Below, piece by piece: positions 12,501 to 25,682 of a stretch of DNA of 64,000 nucleotides (its first letter is position 1; each line of letters begins with the position of its first letter). Source of the DNA: Eledone cirrhosa (lineage: Eukaryota). The stretch spans positions 34,906,001 to 34,970,000 of the forward strand of contig OZ024749.1 in NCBI GenBank assembly GCA_964016885.1. Direction: 5' to 3'. The translations under genes were made by a program, and so were the position numbers. Under the pieces are notes generated by a model. It did no database searches. It saw only the letters and a program-made list of their open reading frames with translations, and was not told the DNA's origin.

Positions 12501-15254
12501 TTAAAAAGTTATGGTCGTTCTGAATGACATATATAAACTTCTTAATTGTAATGTATATTTGGAGGAGAAAATAACATCAATCTGTAATAGTTCACAACTC
12601 CCAACGAGAAGGGGAGACAACTACAAGAAATTAAGAATTAATGATTTACGAGAAAAAATATACAAAATGTACATGTGATGGTGTGTGTGTGGGGGGGGGG
12701 GGGGGGGTATATAAGCCTGAAATGAAACATTGAGTGAAAGGTGACAGCAACCATCCATTAATATAAAACACATACAACATTGTGTAGCAGTGGAAGAGAA
12801 GACAAAATGAGAAAAACAAATACATTGAAAAAAGCAATAGAGAAGTCAAAGTGAGAAAGGCAAATAAATTGAATAGAAACAGTAGAGAAGTCAAAGTGAG
12901 AAATATATATATCATTAAATAGAAAAAAAGAGCCAAACATCAAGTATATGAGGGGTGAGAAATCAAAGTGAGATGGATTTTTTTTATTACAATGAGACAA
13001 TATATAATAAAGTAGCAACATTAAAAGCTTAAACAGACACACAGACTCTAAGAAATAAAACAGAAGAAAGACAAAGACCAGCTATTGTATGGTGTTTCTT
13101 TATTCTGAGTATTTCTTTTTATTAATTTTCATTTTTTAGGGTCCCATTTCTGACCAAATGTTTCTCTTGGTTGACTGTATTAACTGTCAGCAGTAACAGA
13201 ATCCCTAAAAAGAAAGAAAAACAAAAACAAAAGAAGAAAGAAAAAAACCCTAAGTAGGTAGACATTAATTCATTAACCATTTCATTACCGTATTTCTAAT
13301 GAAAGATACTGCCCATGATTTTCAAATTATCGACAAGGTTAAAGAAAAGGAATAATCAACAGATCTGACCAATGAAACAATTTTTCCATTGGTCCTTCCA
13401 TTGCTGATACTATCTGCTGATCACAACCCCTGGCAGAGGAAAGGAGCGAACCATTAGATCAGATGAAGGAAAGAATGTTTCCCTTAGTCTTTCCATTGCT
13501 GATACTGTCTGCTGGTCACAACTCCTGGTGCAAACATGTGACAACCTGTCTAACCCATGCCAAACTAGAATGTATGAGCAAGATGTGATTTTCCAACCTA
13601 CTTAGTTTCAGAACATGACAACCCGTCTAACATTGGCCAAACTAGAATGTATGATCAAAACATGTCTAGTTTCAGAATGTGACAACATGTCTAGCCCATG
13701 CTAAAAGTGGAATGTATGAACAACATGTGATCATTTGTCCTGTCTAGTCTCAGAACCTGACAACTCATCTAACCCATGCCAGACATCAAACAGCAATGAT
13801 TCATCATTATATAACAGTATTTCTAACACCTGTCACCCTTCTCAAGATATTCTATTGATTCGTTGACCTGGAACCTGCAATAGTTTCCTCAGACAACTGT
13901 CTTGACAAAATAAAAATCTTTAAATCAACAGAGAACAAAGAACATTTATTCACAGTTAGGGAAATAAATATAGGCAAATAGAATTTAATTAAAACTTGCA
14001 GCCTTCCAAGAAGGTATATCAGAATCAATATATCTGTCAGTTATAACATTAACCCCTTCATTAGCATATTTCTAAAGAAGTACACTGCCTGTAATTTTGA
14101 AATCATTTGAAAAATTATCAAGAATTTAGAGATTTAGTAATATAGTAATATAACTAACTCTCTCGTTACTAAGTTGTTGTTTGGAACAGAAGGCTCTTAC
14201 ATAAAATTATGAAGGAACATAATAAAATATACATCTTACCTTTTTAAGAATGTTGTCAATAGTTCAGCTTCACACTACTCCTTGAGGGTCACTTAAGTGT
14301 TGGCTAGAAAACCTCTCTGTATTTAATAGAAGTACACACTAGGAATGGAGGGGGGATGAGGGATGAGGAACGTGGTGATCACAATGATGATGATGAGATA
14401 TGTCAATGAAAGCAAGAAAGCAATGCTTAACATATAGATAAATAATACTGTAAGATGGCTTGATAAAAATGAATTTAAAACATTCAAATATTTATGGGGT
14501 AACTAGTTAATTAATATATTCTTTGTTAAAACTCATTAAGCTCTCTAAATTAACTGCAGCAATTAATATATATATACATACATACATAAATATAATGAAG
14601 ATCGTTGATATTATGTCAACGCTTTTGTGCTATAGGCTTGGGTTGACCAATGCCTTGTGAGTGGAACTTGGTAGACAGAAACTGTCTACACACACGTATT
14701 TGTGTGCGTGTGAATTTACATTTACTGCTTGTTTATATATCGTAATTCTGCGGTTTGACAAAAAAAAAAAAAGAGGCTAATAAAATAAGAATCAAACTAG
14801 GGTTGATATGATTGACTAAATCTTATGGCAACCCTCCACAGTCTAATCTCTGAAACAAAACAATAAAAATATTCCCAGAAAATTACCATCTTCTTTTTCA
14901 GAACCATTACCCCTACAAACATACATTACCCACCACACTCATCTTATAGATTCTAAATAACTAAGTAAAGTTATCAATGTTGCTGCTCTCATCGCTACAA
15001 CACTGCAGTGATGACAGCCACAACATCACTATTAGCTGCTCCAAAAGAAAGTCTTGGCATTACTTTTACAGTTGGTTTATGTAAAATAGACTAAAAATGG
15101 AAATTAGAACCTGAAAATAAAATCTAAAAAAATTGAGACATTAAAGAAAAATAGAAAAATGTGGAATATAACAAGAACAGGAATTGATTGAAACAGACAG
15201 TACAACACTCATATTTTTGATGTTTGGCTCTTATATAATACATAGATAGCTACT

Positions 15255-16083
15255 AACATCCATTTCACAATACTACATTACATGCTGGCTACTGACACAT
15301 TTCACAATATTGCAAGGTGAGCTGGTGACATATATTTCACAATATTACATGGCTGGCTGGTGACATACATTTCACAATATTACATTAATGCCTGGTGACA
15401 CATTTCACAATATTACATAGATGGCTGGTGACATACATTTCACAATACTACATGGTTAGCATAGCAGGTGAAACATTTCACAATACTACATGGCTAGCTG
15501 GTGATACATTTCACAATACTACATGGCTAGCTGGTGATACATTTCACAATACTACATGGCTAGCTGGTGATACATTTCACAATACTACATGGCTAGCTGG
15601 TGATACATTTCACAATACTACATGGCTAGCTGGTGATACATTTCACAATACTACATGGCTAGCTGGTGATACATTTCACAATACTACATGGCTAGCTGGT
15701 GATACATTTCACAATACTACATGGCTAGCTGGTGATACATTTCACAATACTACATGGCTAGCTGGTGATACATTTCACAATACTACATGGCTAGCTGGTG
15801 ATACATTTCACAATACTACATGGCTAGCTGGTGACACACATTGCACAATATTACATGGTTGGCTAGTGACATACATTTCACAGCATGGTTAGCTGGTGAC
15901 ATACATTTCACATTACATAGCAAGCTGGTGACATACATTTCACATTACATAGCTAGCTGGTGACACACATTTCACAATATTACATAAATAGCTGGTGACA
16001 TACATTTCACAATATTACATGGCTGGCTCGTAACACATATTTCACAATATTACATGGATGGCTGGTCACAAACATTTCACAAT
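15255..16083. repeat. 33 bp minisatellite with a homogeneous core and diverged edges
   Basis: catttcacaatactacatggctagctggtgata repeated. Confidence 0.95.
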
Positions 16084-19000
16084 AAAGTACAAATAAATAA
16101 ATGTGAAAAAACAGAAAAAACAAATTTAGGGAAATGACTTCTTTTATATGTAAAGCAAAAGATCTGAAGCTTGACACATGTTCGGTGAGTGTGTTATATG
16201 TCCAACTGTCTATTATAGAGTTCACAATAAACAGGAAGAAAGTATGACCAGTTTAAGTGTTCAGGTGACATTTGTAAAATATTGCAGATGTATTTTATTT
16301 GGTTTATTTGTTATAATTATTTTTTTTTTTAACCAAAATCTGCCTGTGACAATGAAACAATAAAAAGCTGAACTGAAATAACTTGGCAAATGTTGAAAGA
16401 AAAACAAAATTTGCTGATGTAAATTGAAAAATTAAATGGAAAGAAATAAAATTTACAGCTCATAACTATATAGGTTTAACTGGCCTCCTACAGGGTTGTA
16501 TCTCATAGGAGGTTTCTTGGGTGTTTTAATAATAGGGGGCCCCAGTCCTATAATGTTGTTGATACAGTTCACACCTATGTAGGTTTAGCTGGCCTCCTAT
16601 GAGGTTTATCATGAAAAGCAATGTGAAATAAAACACCTTGCCCAAGAACAATATATTTTGATGACCATTACACACACACACACACTATACCATTACACAC
16701 CCTACTACCTTCATTACCCCCCCCCCCCCATATATACATATGAATGAAAAATGAAATTTACAGCTCACACCTATGCAGGTGTAGCTGGTCACCAATGAGG
16801 ATGCGTCTTATAGGAGGGTTTTCAAGTGTTTTAATGATAGTGGCTATAGTTTTATTATGGAAAGCACTATGAAATGAATGTGAGATGTAGAAATATAAAT
16901 ATAGTCTGTAATGTTAAGAGAGAACTTGGTAAATGACATACAAAAAACTGTAGGGAGAATGAAATAATTATGAGAAATACAAAAAACGTTTTAAGGCCAT
17001 TTTCCCTACAGCAAGGGTTAACCTTATGGATCCCATGAGAGGCTTCTCCATTTTGCCCTATCATCTACATTCCCATTTCTCCAAACACCCTGGCTTTGAT
17101 TTCCTCTTGCATCATCTTTAGTTATCTCCTTGGTCTACCCCTTCTACTTCCTTCACATTCATTTTCATCACTTCTCACATCCAATTACTTTCATCCTTCT
17201 TCGACATATGACCCAGTCTTTTCATTCCATTTCTCCTTACATTCATAATTGGCTCTGTTCATCTCACCCAATCACTGTCATCCTTCCTCAACAGATGATC
17301 CAACCATCTCATTCTATTTCTCTTCACAACATTCATCACTAGCTCTAATCCAATCATTCCCTGCAGTTCATTATTCATCTTCCTCTCTTTCACTGGGTGA
17401 CAGTCTGTTCATGAACTGAGCAATTCTTTCCAGCCTTCTCCGTTGCTCCACATTTATCACCTATGCCTCTCTCTCCCATAAATCATAGTACTTCTCACAC
17501 ATGCAGTATACACCTTCCCCATTCAGTTCTTCCATGCACATCTCACTCTAGCTAATGTCACAGAGCCCACCCAAATATTTATGAGAAATATGAAAATTAA
17601 AAGATGTATATTAATAGTATCAATATTTCGAAGTCATAGCTGTAACTTTGGATCAAATATTGATGAGATGGAAATGCGATTGTATTTATCATGATGATGA
17701 TGATGATGATAAAATTCTATGGGTGCCTTTTCTTACATAATTGATCTTCAGAATTTTTTAGTATCACAAGACAAATATTTATATTATATTAATAAAGTTT
17801 GTTTTCAATGTGATTGTTTGTGTAAGTAAATTATACATACACACGCATACATAGACATACATACATATAGACATATATATACTTATATAATATATACATT
17901 CATAAAGATACACACATACACACACACATACAAATGTAGATAGATAGATAAATACAGATGATATTGATCATCAGATCAATATATACTAAATACATACTAC
18001 AATAGTCTACATCTGTTGCCCTGCTATCACCAGATGTCACCTCTAACCCATGATTAACCCTTTCGTTACCATATTTTCCTTGAAAGACTCTGCTTACGAT
18101 TTTCAATTACTTTTTAAAATAATCAAGAATTTGAAAGGATCCAGTAACTTTCTTCTTATTAAACTGATGTTTGGAACATAAATCTTCTTCCATAAAATTA
18201 TGATGGAACGTTCTAAGATAAATATAAATATTATAAACACTCTGAGCTCAAAGCCATTCGAGTTTAGCTTTGTATTCTGACAGGGTTGATAATATAAAGT
18301 ACCAGTAATGCACTGGGATCGTTTTAATCAACTTTCCCCTTTCAAGGCTTCTCAGATGTTTTAATGATAAAGGTATGTTGTGCTCTTCAGTCCATGAATC
18401 GAACCCATAACCTTATGATTATGGGTCCAACACTTTAACCACTAGGCCATGTGCTTTCACTGTACAATAGTATATTTACACTCAATACTACGGCATCTTC
18501 CTTTTGAGAGTTACTCATGGCAAATAATTTGGGATCTCCTCAACATATGTATTTTAGCTTTGCTAAGAACTGTAGTGTCAGTACATACATATAGGCCACT
18601 CTACCCACCACTCAATTCTCATCTGGATTTCAATAAAAATAACTTCCAATGATTCTTACCCAAAGAGTCTCTTTCTCGTTCCTGTAAATTCACTTGCTAT
18701 CTCTACTAATAACCAGATTCCTCAAACCACCCAGCAATGGACATACAATATTTAGTACTGTGTTGAAAACATCTATTTCACCCTACTCTCTCTCAAGGCC
18801 AGTGCCTGGGTATTTAGTGCTCTCGGATAGCCCTACAGTGTGTGCTTCCTTCTGCCAGTTATGTGCCCCATTCTATCAAATATTATAATTTTAATTTAGT
18901 GTGGTCTGAGCACACTCAGAAAATTACAAAGTCTGCATTTTCCATTACACAATCAACACTCACCCAGGACATATCATTTAACAGGTCATAACACGATGTG

Positions 19001-19552
19001 ACTCTTCCCATTGCTTTGAATATTTTGACAATGTTGCTACGCGGAGAAGATGTTTAGTGTTATATGTATATATACTCCATGTCAGCATCAATAAACATGT
19101 TAAACGATATCACAATATTAAACCAAGATAAATGTTGTAGGAGGGAATGAGGAAGTAGGAACAGAGGAAGAAGTGTTTGTTTGATGTCTAAGTTAGAATT
19201 GTCATGTACATCTTTTGTGGTCAGTCTGTGATGATATGGCCTTCATCATTTGCTGAGACAGTTAATGGTGGTGCCACATAACACACAGACAGACAGCGGA
19301 GAGAGCAACAGCGGTAGCTGTTTGTTTGATGCATCTGCAAGTCTAGGTTAGAAATGTTACCATTGATGTCCTTGTGGTCAGTCTGTGGTCATATGGCTGC
19401 CATCATCTGCTGTGACGATGGTGCCACACAACACACAGCGACACAGACAGACATTAGGATGGAGTAAAGAGGAACATAGGTGTTTGTTTAAGGCACCTGC
19501 AAGTCTAGGTTAAAATGTTACCAGATTAAGATGGGAGGAGGAGATATCACAC

Positions 19553-19731
19553 CTGTCAGCTGTGAACTTCCATGCACTCAGTTCATTTTGTGTCTGTTTC
19601 TGTCGTTCTTTACATTCTTCCATCTCCTTTGCCATGTGTTGGAACACCAAGTTGATGGCTGGGTCCAGTAACATAGAGCGAAGCTGGTTCGTACTCGGTG
19701 TCTGTGCAGCCTTGAATTCTTGAATTTGATT
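19553..19731 (-). CDS. WTAP: WTAP coding exon 5 (179 nt)
   Basis: Manual translation NQIQEFKAAQTPSTNQLRSMLLDPAINLVFQHMAKEMEECKERQKQTQNELSAWKFTAD; cacttttag acceptor and AG|gtgtga donor. Confidence 0.96.
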
Positions 19732-19787
19732 CTAAAAGTGAAAATAACAAACAAAAAAACTTTCATTAAAACTGACAACTTTACTCA

Positions 19788-20148
19788 TAATGGAGCTGCT
19801 ATAGAATTTAATGGAACATTAATGGAGCTGCTATATTATTTAATGGAACATTAATGGAGCTGCTATGGAATTTAATGGAACATTAATGGAGCTGCTATGG
19901 AATTTAATGGAACATTAACAGAGCTGCTATAGAATTTAATGGAATATTAATGGAGCTGCTATGGAATTTAATGGAACATTAACAGAGCTGCTAGAGAATT
20001 TAATGGAACATTAATGGAGCTGCTATGGAATTTAATGGAACATTAACAGAGCTGATAGAGAATTTAATGGAACATTAATGGAGTTGCTATAGAATTTAAT
20101 GGAACATTACCAGAGCTGCTAGAGAATTTAATGGAACTGCTATAGAAA
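19788..20148. repeat. 32 bp minisatellite, ~11 copies
   Basis: aatggagctgctatagaatttaatggaacatt. Confidence 0.95.
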
Positions 20149-20893
20149 TTTACAGTTCGCAGTTATGCAAGTTTAGCTGGCCTTTTACAAGTTTGTATTT
20201 CGTATTATGTTTCTCAGGTGTTTTAACCCTTTTGTATTTAAACTGGCCAGAATTCTCTCACATTTTTCTGTTCAAACCAGCCACTTATACTTATGTTAAG
20301 GTATTGTTCTCAAAACCCCATAGATTTGATATTATGCGAGATAATTGTGTGACCTAAAGTGTTTACTGAGAAAATACAATAGTATATATCAATAGGGGAC
20401 CCAGTCTTATCATGAAAATCAACATGAAATGAAGCATCTTATTCAAAAACACAATGTGCTATGTGTTGCCTGGTCCAGGAATCGAACCTGTGACTTCATA
20501 ATCATGAGTCAAACACCCTAACCACTAGGCCATGCACCTTCACTAATGATCATAAGAGGAGCATTAACTCTTAACATCCTTTCCTACATGAAACCAGATT
20601 TTACATGAAAATAGATAAATATAACCACTTTAAAATTAACAGTTTTGTATCATAGAAACATGGGCAATTTCAGGTGGTTTTGAAATTTCTCATGCTTTTT
20701 TATTTTCTAATTATAAAGAAATAAAATGTTCTAAAAATGTGGGAGGGGTTGTTTTATTTTCACTTGGGAGTTTTGTATGTAGTGGATTTGTGAAACAAAA
20801 ACTATGCTCCAAAACAACACTTAAAAAATTTTGAATATCAAATTATCAAAACTTGGTAAATATTTTCTCATGAAAGTAGTAGTGTGCACTTAC

Positions 20894-21021
20894 CAAATAG
20901 TCCTGTAGTTCCTGTTCTTTAGTTGTAAGACGAAGAACTAAAGTGTTCTCACGTCGAGCAGCTTCAATATGTTGCTGCTTCAGTTTCTCTTCAGTCTCTT
21001 TATTTTCAAAATCTTCCCCAC
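20894..21021 (-). CDS. WTAP: WTAP coding exon 4 (128 nt)
   Basis: ETEEKLKQQHIEAARRENTLVLRLTTKEQELQDYL; ttttccag acceptor and gtaagt donor. Confidence 0.96.
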
Positions 21022-21291
21022 CTGGAAAACAAAATAGCAAACCATTTCACATAAGGAAACTATTATTTGTCTCTATATATGTGTGTGTGTGCAAAAAGTA
21101 AACTGGAACAAACAGTACAATGAAGAAATATATAAATTTAATGCTGGATATAGTAGAAAAAGAGTCTTTATGTTTCAGACACTAGTCCTTCATCAGAATA
21201 TAGAATGAGAAATAAAAGATGAAATAGAAAGATAGTCAGTGAGAAGTGGAAGGAACAGAAAATGTTTATTAGAAAAAAGCATGTGTATTCA

Positions 21292-21320
<29 letters not shown>

Positions 21321-21327
<7 letters not shown>

Positions 21328-21384
21328 ATATAGAAATGGCTTCTACAGGACTAGTCCTGTAGAAGCCATTTCTCTATTAAATAT
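21321..21384. repeat. 64 bp palindrome centred on ACTAGT, derived from the 3' half of the 48.3 kb hammerhead family
   Basis: atatttaatatagaaatggcttctacaggact|agtcctgtagaagccatttctctattaaatat (1 mismatch); the downstream tgtattgagtacctta...attgaa also matches 48312-48352. Confidence 0.85.
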
Positions 21385-21669
21385 TGTATATACTCTATGT
21401 ATTGAGTACCTTATTTACTGAAGTTACTCCCAATTGAACCCTGTGTGTCTATGTATACATATATAGGTTGAATAATGAAAACATAAAAGATAAGGTTCTG
21501 TGCTAAATCAGCCCTTAATCAATAGGACTTATTAAAATTCCATAATATTAGCCTAAAGAAAACATGTCCATTTCACCGCTATCATCAGAAACAATTTATT
21601 TTGTGTTTATTATTCAACCGATATATCTGACCAATTCTTTGAATACCCAACAACACATAAAAAATTTAC

Positions 21670-21734
21670 CTTCAACATTTCGAGATTTCAGTTTTTCTTC
21701 CAAGAGTTTAACATATTTGTCTTGCTCTTTGAAT
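21670..21734 (-). CDS. WTAP: WTAP coding exon 3 (65 nt)
   Basis: FKEQDKYVKLLEEKLKSRNVE; polypyrimidine-cag acceptor and G|gtaaat donor; phases 2/1 fit the neighbouring exons. Confidence 0.9.
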
Positions 21735-21924
21735 CTGGAAAAAAAAAAAGACGAGAGTGAGAATACTAAATATTGAAATTTCTTCTAACCATAATATTAT
21801 TTCCCCTAATGTAGTGGATCCAAACACAAAGATACCTTTAATTCCACCCTCACTTCTCAGGTAAATTTCAGATCATAAAAACACCTGCTGAAGCTGTATT
21901 CTTCAAGTATAAATATCAGAGGTA

Positions 21925-22225
21925 GTAAAACAGTTATCACACCTGACTCTGTACTTCAAAAGAAACAAAACAGTTATCACACCTGACTCTCTACATCAGA
22001 GGTAAAACAGTTATCACCTGACTCTCTACATCAGAGGTAAAACAGTTATCACACTGGACTCTCTACATCAGATGTAAAACAGTTATCACACCTGACTCTC
22101 TACATCAGAGGTAAAACTGTTATCACACCTGACTCTCTACATCAAAGGTAAAACAGTTATTACACTTGACTCTCTACATCAGAGGTAAAACAGTTATCAC
22201 ACTTGACTCTCTACATCAAAGGTAA
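21925..22225. repeat. 37 bp minisatellite, ~8 copies
   Basis: aaaacagttatcacacctgactctctacatcagaggt. Confidence 0.95.
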
Positions 22226-22907
22226 TATTACAGTCATCAATATTCAGATGTTCCAGTAAACATAAAATAACAATTACACAGCTGCTGGTATGGCTGTGAA
22301 GTTAAGGAGTTTGATTCAGAACCATGTGGTTTTAGGTTCAATCCCACTGCATGACTTCTGGGGCAAGTGTTTTTTTCTACTATAGCTTTGGTTTAACCAA
22401 TGCCTTGTCGGTGAAATTTGGTAGATGGAAACTATAGGAGCTCATCATAAATATGTGTGTATCATCATCATCATTTAATATCTGTTTTCTCTGATAGCAA
22501 GGGATGGCTAGGTCATCACACCAAGTCAGTACTTAATTAGAGTTATTGATCTTTCAGATGAGCCAGGGGCTGTATCTCGCTTACTTACATCCTCACACTC
22601 TACAGAGGGCACCTGGTGCATTTTATCATGCCGCTGGCACTCGAGAGGTTTGTCATGTTTTTGACACAACTGAAAAGTCCTCCCTAATCTTTGTTTGGAT
22701 GGCCCTCTTATCACAAGTCATTTTACCAAGTGTATTCATTGCAATTTATCATGTCACCAACACTAGAGAGATTGTTGTATGTTGCCAATTAATGATATTA
22801 TAAACTCTAAATTGATGCCCCAGCATGGCCACAATCTAATGACTGAAACCAGTAAAAGGATAAAAGAACAATGACATGAAGCTGAATACTGAATAAGTAA
22901 TACTTAC

Positions 22908-22963
22908 TTTATAATTATATCTTCCTTTGATAAATTTTCTAAGTCTTCCGTATCAATTTTGAA
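22908..22963 (-). CDS. WTAP: WTAP coding exon 2 (56 nt)
   Basis: FKIDTEDLENLSKEDIIIK; tattacag acceptor and gtaagt donor; phases 0/2 fit. Confidence 0.88.
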
Positions 22964-24524
22964 CTGTAATACAAGAAAACAGAAGTCATCAGAACTTTGT
23001 TGTTGTACTTTCACGTCCCTATTTACCACTTTAAACATCACAGACATCCGTAAACAATATTAATTACAGAGATACCACCACAGCTATCACCCTAACCACT
23101 AGGCCACATGTCTCAAACCAAATACCTGGCTTGAATGTTTACAACAGTGTGAAAAAGGCACCCCCATGACCACATGATGATGTTAAACCAGGTGATGGCT
23201 TCTCTGAGAGACACCAGAGAAAATCCCCTTTAGACCATAGAGGAGGTCATCATCATCACCATCACCAACAGTTCATTGTCTATTTTTCTATGCTTGCCTG
23301 GGTTTGATGGGTTGTTGTAACAGATAACTTTAATATCAGTATAGAAATTTAACCCTTTTGATAGCAATTCCCTAAAACTGGATTTAGTATTATGAAACAA
23401 AACCAACCATTTTAAACCTTTTGATACCAGCCTAGCCAAAACCAGCTATTAAATAAAACTGCCCATTTAAAAGGGCTCCTATTTAATTAGAAATAATTAT
23501 ACTCTTATAGATGAAATAATTTATAAATTTACTAAATCCCTCAAAATATACTAATAAAATATTATTTTGAAAATAATCTGAAATTTGGAGAATTTAGTAA
23601 AATAACTTTCATTACTAAGCCAGTGGTTGGAACATAACTTCAAGTTTCTTACATAAAATTATTATAGGATTTTAGATACATGTAAATGCTTTAAAATAAC
23701 AGCATTGTACTGCAGAACAAGAGATGATTTCACGCAGTTTGGAATTAAGAGGGCTAAAAAGTGCTAATGCTAATATGAAGATGGACTTTATTAACACATT
23801 TGATACCAAACTGCCTAAAACTGTCTCTGGTTCTACAATACAAAGCTGTTTGTTTTAAGATATTTTATTTCTCTAAAAACCTTCAATCATAATTTTATGA
23901 AAGAGCCTTTGAGTTATACTCCAAACACCAGATTAATATTGAGAAAATGATTTATTTTACTAAATCATTCCAATTTCTTGATTATTTTCAAAATTACTGA
24001 AAACTTATAAGCAGTATCTTTCATTATAAATATTACAAAACGGTTAATAATTGAGCAGCAATTACAGTTCCCAGTCCAAATATGTTAAGATGCATTCAAC
24101 TTTACTTTTAGGAAACTAAAAAAAAAATACTGTAGATTCTTATTATGTAGGTGCACACATGGCTGTTTGGTTAAGGAGTTTGCTTCACAGCCATGTGGCC
24201 ATGGGTTCAGTTCCACTGAGTGGCACCTTGAGAGTCTTCTACTATAGCCTCAGGTTGACCAATGACTTGTAAGTGGAATTTGGTAGATGGAAGCTGCAGA
24301 AGCCCATCATATATACACACACATGTATGTATGTATGTTTGAGTTTATGACCAGTAATTTAGTGGTTTGACTAAAAGAGATTGATAATATAAGTTCCAAG
24401 CTTCAAAATAATAAGCATTAGTGTTGATGTAATTGACTAAAGTCCTATTAAACTTGTGCCCCAGCATGACTGCAGTCTAATGACTAAAACTAGTGAAAAA
24501 AGAAATAAATAAAACTATACATAC

Positions 24525-24554
24525 TTTTTTAGGTGTAGGTGGGCCCTCCATCAT
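24525..24554 (-). CDS. WTAP: WTAP first coding exon (MMEGPPTPKK); the exon begins at 24564 with 10 nt of 5'UTR
   Basis: 10 codons resembling vertebrate MTNEEPLPKK; tttgtag acceptor and gtatgt donor. Confidence 0.88.
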
Positions 24555-25682
24555 TTTAAAAGATCTACAAATATAAAACAAAACTTCATTAGTAAAATTG
24601 AAATATATGACATCTTTCAAATAATATTTAAATAAAAGAAGTTTGGATGAGTGAATTATATCAATTAGGTTTAAAACAGCCCCTCTCCACAATAAAAAAT
24701 ACCTGAATATTTTCTAAAAAGTTCACCATATCACTGCATGCCATAAGAGACAGGAAGGGCATCCAGCTGTGAAACTGTTTGAAATCATCCTGTCCAACTC
24801 ATTTTATCATGGCACTAGGGAAGATCTCATGTCTTTTACACATCTGAAGAGTCAACCTGACTCTTTATCAGGTTGACTATGGATGGTTGCCTTTCTAATC
24901 CTCACTTTACAGAGTGTACTGGGTGCATTTATCATGTAGATCACCAACACAAAAGTGGTTGTCATGTCCTTGACACAACTGAAGAGTCCACTTGACTCTT
25001 TTTGGCATGGTTTCTACAGCAGGATGCCCTTCCTACTGCCAATAACCTTAAAGAGTGTACTTGGCTCGTTTTTCGTGGCACCAGCACTATATATATATGA
25101 ACAACACATAGTCGCCACAATGCAGACAACCATAATAACAGTTGACAACTATAGTTGAACAAATCGGACAAAGTACCCTATTATAATCCCGTCCCAGGAG
25201 GTGCCCTAGCATGGCCGCAGTCTAATGATTGAAACCAGTAAATAGAGAACATGCGAGGAAGATCAAAAGGGGGTAATCCTTCGTTTTAAAATCAGATAAC
25301 TTCCTGTAAACTCCCTAAATGTTCTACGTAATTCCATGCCGTTAATCCTCGTACAGAATGACCCGAGAAAAACCAGACACTTTTAAATCTTTCTTTATAC
25401 ATTAAAGAAATGGTCGAAGCTGTAGGGTCTAATGACATTATTCTCCATAATGCCATCGCCACAAACAAGTGTTGCATTATTATTGCCCTTAAACAATGCA
25501 CCATGTATTAGTGGCGTTCCTTCTCTTTTACTAATAAATCATTCGAAATTTCCATACAAAGATCAATCAGGTTCGCGTCTCTTTCATGTTATTAGCCCAT
25601 TGCTTTCAATTTCATCCTCTTCATTAATTTCATTTCAGTTGATGTAGCTGGAGGGGGTATTTAATAGTAACAACATACTCAC

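Noticed and set aside
15395-15892. 165 aa ORF of TFHNTTWLAGD repeats
   Set aside because: By-product of a 33 bp minisatellite antisense within a WTAP intron; the frame breaks at the array edges
21560-21592. CUGAUGA-uagcggu-GAAA on the - strand
   Set aside because: No stem I or II pairing and G at the cleavage position; probably chance or fully decayed
24844-24880. CTGAAGA followed by an 11 bp hairpin
   Set aside because: No GAAA or stem III; it lies within an RTE-3'UTR-derived repeat
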